DNA of 10,173 nucleotides from Candidatus Eiseniibacteriota bacterium. GTDB lineage: Bacteria > Eisenbacteria > RBG-16-71-46 > JABDJR01 > JAWXBZ01. The DNA is taken from NCBI GenBank assembly GCA_034440375.1, contig JAWXBZ010000181.1:1-10173 (forward strand), read 5' to 3'. The notes below the pieces were generated by a model, which searched no databases, was not told the origin of the DNA, and saw only the letters and a program-made list of their open reading frames with translations. The translations under genes and the position numbers were made by a program. Below are positions 6,842 through 10,173 of this stretch, one piece after another (the first letter of the stretch is position 1; every line of letters begins with the position of its first letter).

Positions 6842-9594
6842 GGCACGGCCTCGTCCGTCGGAGTCGAGGTCGGGGCGGTAGCCCCCACGCCCGTCGCTTC
6901 CCCCGGCTGGGACGCGAGGGCATCCGCAGTCCGCACCAGCGACTCGAGATACGCCAAGCCCCACCGTCCATACTTGCGCTGGAGCCGGGCAAAGCGGCGA
7001 GGAGCCTCGCGCGCAATCCTCGCTGTGCCTTCCTCGGTACTCTCGGGGTCAAACACCTCGTCGGCGGGAAAGTGCGGCCGTGCCCGGCCGTGGTGGGCGG
7101 CAATGAAATGCAGGACGAGATCCTGCACATCGAGCGTGAGTCGCTGGAAGTCAGGAACGTGCGCAAGATCGAGGAGCGATCCGAATTCGTGGCGGTAACC
7201 GCTGAGGTCAACGGGTCGCATCTTGCCCCCGGACTTTGCCAGTACTTGCTCAGGGTAGCACCGGTTGCCGATCGATCGCTGCCAGATCACTCGGCGTTTG
7301 CCTAGATCGTGCCACCGAGCTGCCAGCGTGACTGCCAAGGCTTCCGGATCGCTCAACCCGAGCCTGGCGACGAGCGAACTCGCGAAGCGCTCGGCGGATA
7401 GAAGGTGCGGCTCAAGTTCCTGCGGCTCCAGGGCGGTGCGTGACCCGTCGTCGTCCGCAGAGCGGGGCAGCACGTACCAGAGCCAGTTCCGTCTCCCAGG
7501 CATCGCTTCGCCGTCATCCTGGTCATCGTCAGCATCAGGCTGGGTGTCGATGGCCAGCACCAGCCTCATGCCCTCGGGCGGCGCATCGTTGTCCCACACT
7601 CTTCGACGACGAGGCTGACCGCGCTCGTCCTTCCACTCGTCCGTGATGTCATAGCGAATGGTCTCCTCGGCGGCAGCGCCGCCGTCGAGTATGCCGTTGA
7701 TCAATCCCCCCGTACTTGGCGGCAACAGCACGGTACAATTCGCCAAATTCACCTCCGGTTTGTTCTTTGGATCCTTCTTCACGAGTTCTGTCAAAGCGAG
7801 GACTCTGACATTGCCCTCGGGATCGACGAGCCATGCAGACAGGTCTGGACACCGTTTTGCCATGGTCTCCAGATGCTTGAAGACCCGTGCGGTACGGTCA
7901 CGAAGCAGCTCGTGCTGCTTGAGCGGGTAGTCCTCCAGCAGAGCTTCCGGCTTGTACTTCTCGATCAGGGCACCGGTGAGGCATCCGACCTCTTCGCGCC
8001 AAGCGACGTGGGTCTCGGACGGCTCCCACTCGGCGACCCCATGGAGCCAATCGGCCACCGGCGGGCGGCCAGGCAGCTTCTCACGGAGCGATGTCAGCGC
8101 CCAAGTATCGAAAAGGATGTCGGTTGCGGGAGGGATTTCCGGCGGTGGTGTGAAGGCGGCCTGCCGCTCGGCAGCAGGCAACCCGTTCAACACGGTAGGA
8201 CTGGCGTCGTGCCGCCTGGCAGCGTTCATGGGAAGACTGATGAGCAACTTTAGCGTGTTCCACCGTGCCTGCTCGTACACGTCATCTTTCTTCTTCTCGT
8301 CTTGTTTCTCTTCGGACACGACGTTGATCCGCGCATCACCGTCGCCGAAACGATTCACCCGGCCGAAGCGCTGAGCCATGCTATCGAAGGGAGTCAGATC
8401 ACAGACCAAGTGGTCGGCCGAGATGTCGATCCCCACCTCTCCGGCAGAGGTACACACAAGATAGACGGTGCCCGACTGAGGGTTGACTCCCGGGTTTGGT
8501 CTCGGCATGAAGCGAGCGAAGATGGGGTCCTCCTGCGCCAGTGCGTCGCGTTCGAGCCCGCGCATGGTGCCAGTCAGGACTTGAACAGCGAGTTGCCTCT
8601 CGCGGATCTCGGCTGTGACCTTCTCGACGTACTCCAGTTTTCGGAGAAAAACAAGGATCGCTTGGCCGCTCGCCTTGTGCTCTAGCGCGCGCTCGGTGAT
8701 GGCAGCGGGCAGCTTGGCCTCGTCGGCTGCGGATGAAAAGATGATCCCTTTCCTTGCCTCCAGCCGTTTCCCCAACACCTGGTGGGAGCGGTCGGCGTGA
8801 GTCAGCAAGGACTGCTCACCACCACTGCGCGACGTGGCGGTCAGCGCCATCACCTGGAACCGACGGAACTCGCCGCACCGCTTCTGCTCCGACTCGACCG
8901 TGGCGACGAGTTCCTGGAAGGCTGGCTCCAGATGGGCCTCGTCGTGGACCAGGAGTGCGTCCTGGCCGAGGAAGCCGGCGTGGAGCGGGCGGGACTTGAA
9001 GCCGCGGCCATAGCCGGCGAACAGCAAGCGGCTCCCGATCATGTCCACGGTGCCGATGATGATGGCAGGGCGCGAGGGATCGCGGCTCCAGCCACCGTCA
9101 TCCGCGAGTTGTCCGCGCAAGGTGCTTACCGTGACAGGGACCTCGCCGTTCATGCCGAGGAGTGAGGTCCCGGCGAGACAGGCTCTCAATGCGGAGAGCG
9201 CCTCGCGCTCCTCCGGCTTGAATGGGCTGTCTCCGGCGTCTGTCAGCCGGTCCAGTATGCCGCGCGCTTCATTGGTAGCCTGATCCACAACGGTGCGGCG
9301 ATTCACCACCCACACCAGGCGGCGTGGCAACGAGAGCTGCCCCGAAGATGCTTGCCTCGCGAGCGCCAGCAGCCAGATCGGGATCAAGGACGTTTTCCCC
9401 GTACCCGTCGGCAAGCTGACCAGGGATGGCACGTGACCGGAGGCGAGCATCGCAAACGCCCGTTCCTGCCAAGGGAATGGCGTGCGGCCTGTCAATAGGC
9501 TGAAATAGCGACGGAAGTATTCGTCCTGCTCGAAGCCAGCACAGGGCGTCACAGACGTGTCGCACATCCTCCCTCCCAAGCCCGCTTCGCTCAT
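6838..9594 (-). CDS. cas3: Type I-G Cas3 helicase with C-terminal HD nuclease
   Basis: SF2 motifs PFPWQ, LPTGTGKT, VVNRRTVVDQ, IIGTVDMIGSRLLF, DEAH, TATS, TSAGEVGIDI and QRFGRVNRFG. C-terminal HD domain: LEPHL...WHDLGK...YRHEFGS...AAHHGRARP...LESLVRTAD. An alternative start at ATG 9567, preceded by GGGAGGGAGG, is plausible. Confidence 0.97.
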   Translation of the reverse strand: MSEAGLGGRMCDTSVTPCAGFEQDEYFRRYFSLLTGRTPFPWQERAFAMLASGHVPSLVSLPTGTGKTSLIPIWLLALARQASSGQLSLPRRLVWVVNRRTVVDQATNEARGILDRLTDAGDSPFKPEEREALSALRACLAGTSLLGMNGEVPVTVSTLRGQLADDGGWSRDPSRPAIIIGTVDMIGSRLLFAGYGRGFKSRPLHAGFLGQDALLVHDEAHLEPAFQELVATVESEQKRCGEFRRFQVMALTATSRSGGEQSLLTHADRSHQVLGKRLEARKGIIFSSAADEAKLPAAITERALEHKASGQAILVFLRKLEYVEKVTAEIRERQLAVQVLTGTMRGLERDALAQEDPIFARFMPRPNPGVNPQSGTVYLVCTSAGEVGIDISADHLVCDLTPFDSMAQRFGRVNRFGDGDARINVVSEEKQDEKKKDDVYEQARWNTLKLLISLPMNAARRHDASPTVLNGLPAAERQAAFTPPPEIPPATDILFDTWALTSLREKLPGRPPVADWLHGVAEWEPSETHVAWREEVGCLTGALIEKYKPEALLEDYPLKQHELLRDRTARVFKHLETMAKRCPDLSAWLVDPEGNVRVLALTELVKKDPKNKPEVNLANCTVLLPPSTGGLINGILDGGAAAEETIRYDITDEWKDERGQPRRRRVWDNDAPPEGMRLVLAIDTQPDADDDQDDGEAMPGRRNWLWYVLPRSADDDGSRTALEPQELEPHLLSAERFASSLVARLGLSDPEALAVTLAARWHDLGKRRVIWQRSIGNRCYPEQVLAKSGGKMRPVDLSGYRHEFGSLLDLAHVPDFQRLTLDVQDLVLHFIAAHHGRARPHFPADEVFDPESTEEGTARIAREAPRRFARLQRKYGRWGLAYLESLVRTADALASQPGEATGVGATAPTSTPTDEAVP

Positions 9595-9726
9595 TGGTCG
9601 GTCCGCCGTCCAAGAAGTGTCAGGATGAACTTCAGGGGTCCGCCAACTGCTTGGCCGGCAGGGCCACGAACTGGCTTGGCAACCCGCGGGCTACTGGTCA
9701 TCGAAACCGATCAGGAGGTTTTAGAC

Positions 9727-9996
9727 ATGACAGGCGCTGGAATGGGGCGCACAAAGCCGACCACGGATACGGAGGCTTGCCGGTCGTCCGCTCAAAGAAC
9801 GTCGGGTAACCGAGTAGCTCGCCGGGTTGCACGAAGGGGCTCACAGATCTGGGGGAATCGCTCATTCCACCGGACTCCAGGCACGCGGGGAGGGGCTGTC
9901 AGGACCAGGGAAAGCTGCGACAGGGGTGTGACAGTGCCTCCACGCCGAAGCGAGCGCAAGGAGGCTTGGCGCCTCAGTGTCCCCTCAAGCGGCTGA
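9727..9996 (+). CDS. Possible small hypothetical protein (89 aa), divergent from cas3
   Basis: Consensus Shine-Dalgarno AGGAGGT (9713-9719) 7 nt before ATG 9727. The product is Arg/Gly/Ser-rich with no recognisable domain and may be spurious. Confidence 0.25.
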   Translation: MTGAGMGRTKPTTDTEACRSSAQRTSGNRVARRVARRGSQIWGNRSFHRTPGTRGGAVRTRESCDRGVTVPPRRSERKEAWRLSVPSSG

Positions 9997-10173
9997 GGAT
10001 CGCTCGGATGGTAGCGGCGCTCTGGTGACGGAGTCGTGCATTTGAGGGTGGAATATTACATGAACGCGTGGGGCAGAATCGCCAGGCATCGCACCGTTCC
10101 GCTGAAGCAGTCACCGGGGCGGGAGGTCCCTGCTTCACGCATCGCGTTTCCCACCATGATTGCCCCCCCGCAC

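Noticed and set aside
5985-6964. Extended starts for cas7 (6074) and csb3 (6964)
   Set aside because: Both overlap upstream genes extensively. The RBS before 5984 and the ATGA overlap at 6838-6841 give better starts.
3261-9594. Apparent absence of separate cas5, cas6 and cas11 genes
   Set aside because: This is normal for type I-G, where Csb2 supplies the Cas5 and Cas6 functions.
3231-9613. Numerous short overlapping ORFs on both strands within csb2, cas7, csb3 and cas3
   Set aside because: They are alternative-frame or antisense ORFs with Arg/Pro/Ser-rich composition, fully explained by the cas genes.
9896-9907. Candidate target of a crRNA-like guide from the cas3 leader (shared TGTCAGGA)
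   Set aside because: Only 8 contiguous nt match, there are mismatches at the seed-proximal end, and no TTN PAM is adjacent.
10060-10173. Open frame from ATG 10060 to the window end
   Set aside because: Only 38 codons are visible with no recognisable motif, so it cannot be supported as a gene.

Overview
A complete type I-G (formerly I-U, GSU0051-0058/Dpsyc-like) CRISPR-Cas locus from a GC-rich bacterium, encoded on the minus strand in the order cas3 (helicase with C-terminal HD nuclease), small cas8u2/csb3, cas7/csb1, csb2 (Cas5-Cas6 fusion), cas4-cas1 fusion, cas2, a 177-bp leader and a CRISPR array. The array shows 5 identical 36-bp repeats and 4 spacers and starts exactly at base 1, so it may continue beyond the window. 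The most notable feature is an intact vapBC (AbrB/SpoVT antitoxin + PIN RNase) toxin-antitoxin operon on the opposite strand between the interference and adaptation modules. Its predicted promoter and operator sit in the 73-bp divergent gap directly upstream of cas4-cas1, and it converges on csb2 with no obvious terminator. More speculative signals are two CRISPR-repeat-like hairpins in the cas3 5' region, a terminator-like spacer, conserved leader motifs, and an orphan ORF with a strong RBS upstream of cas3. All family assignments come from motif recognition by eye; no searches were run.
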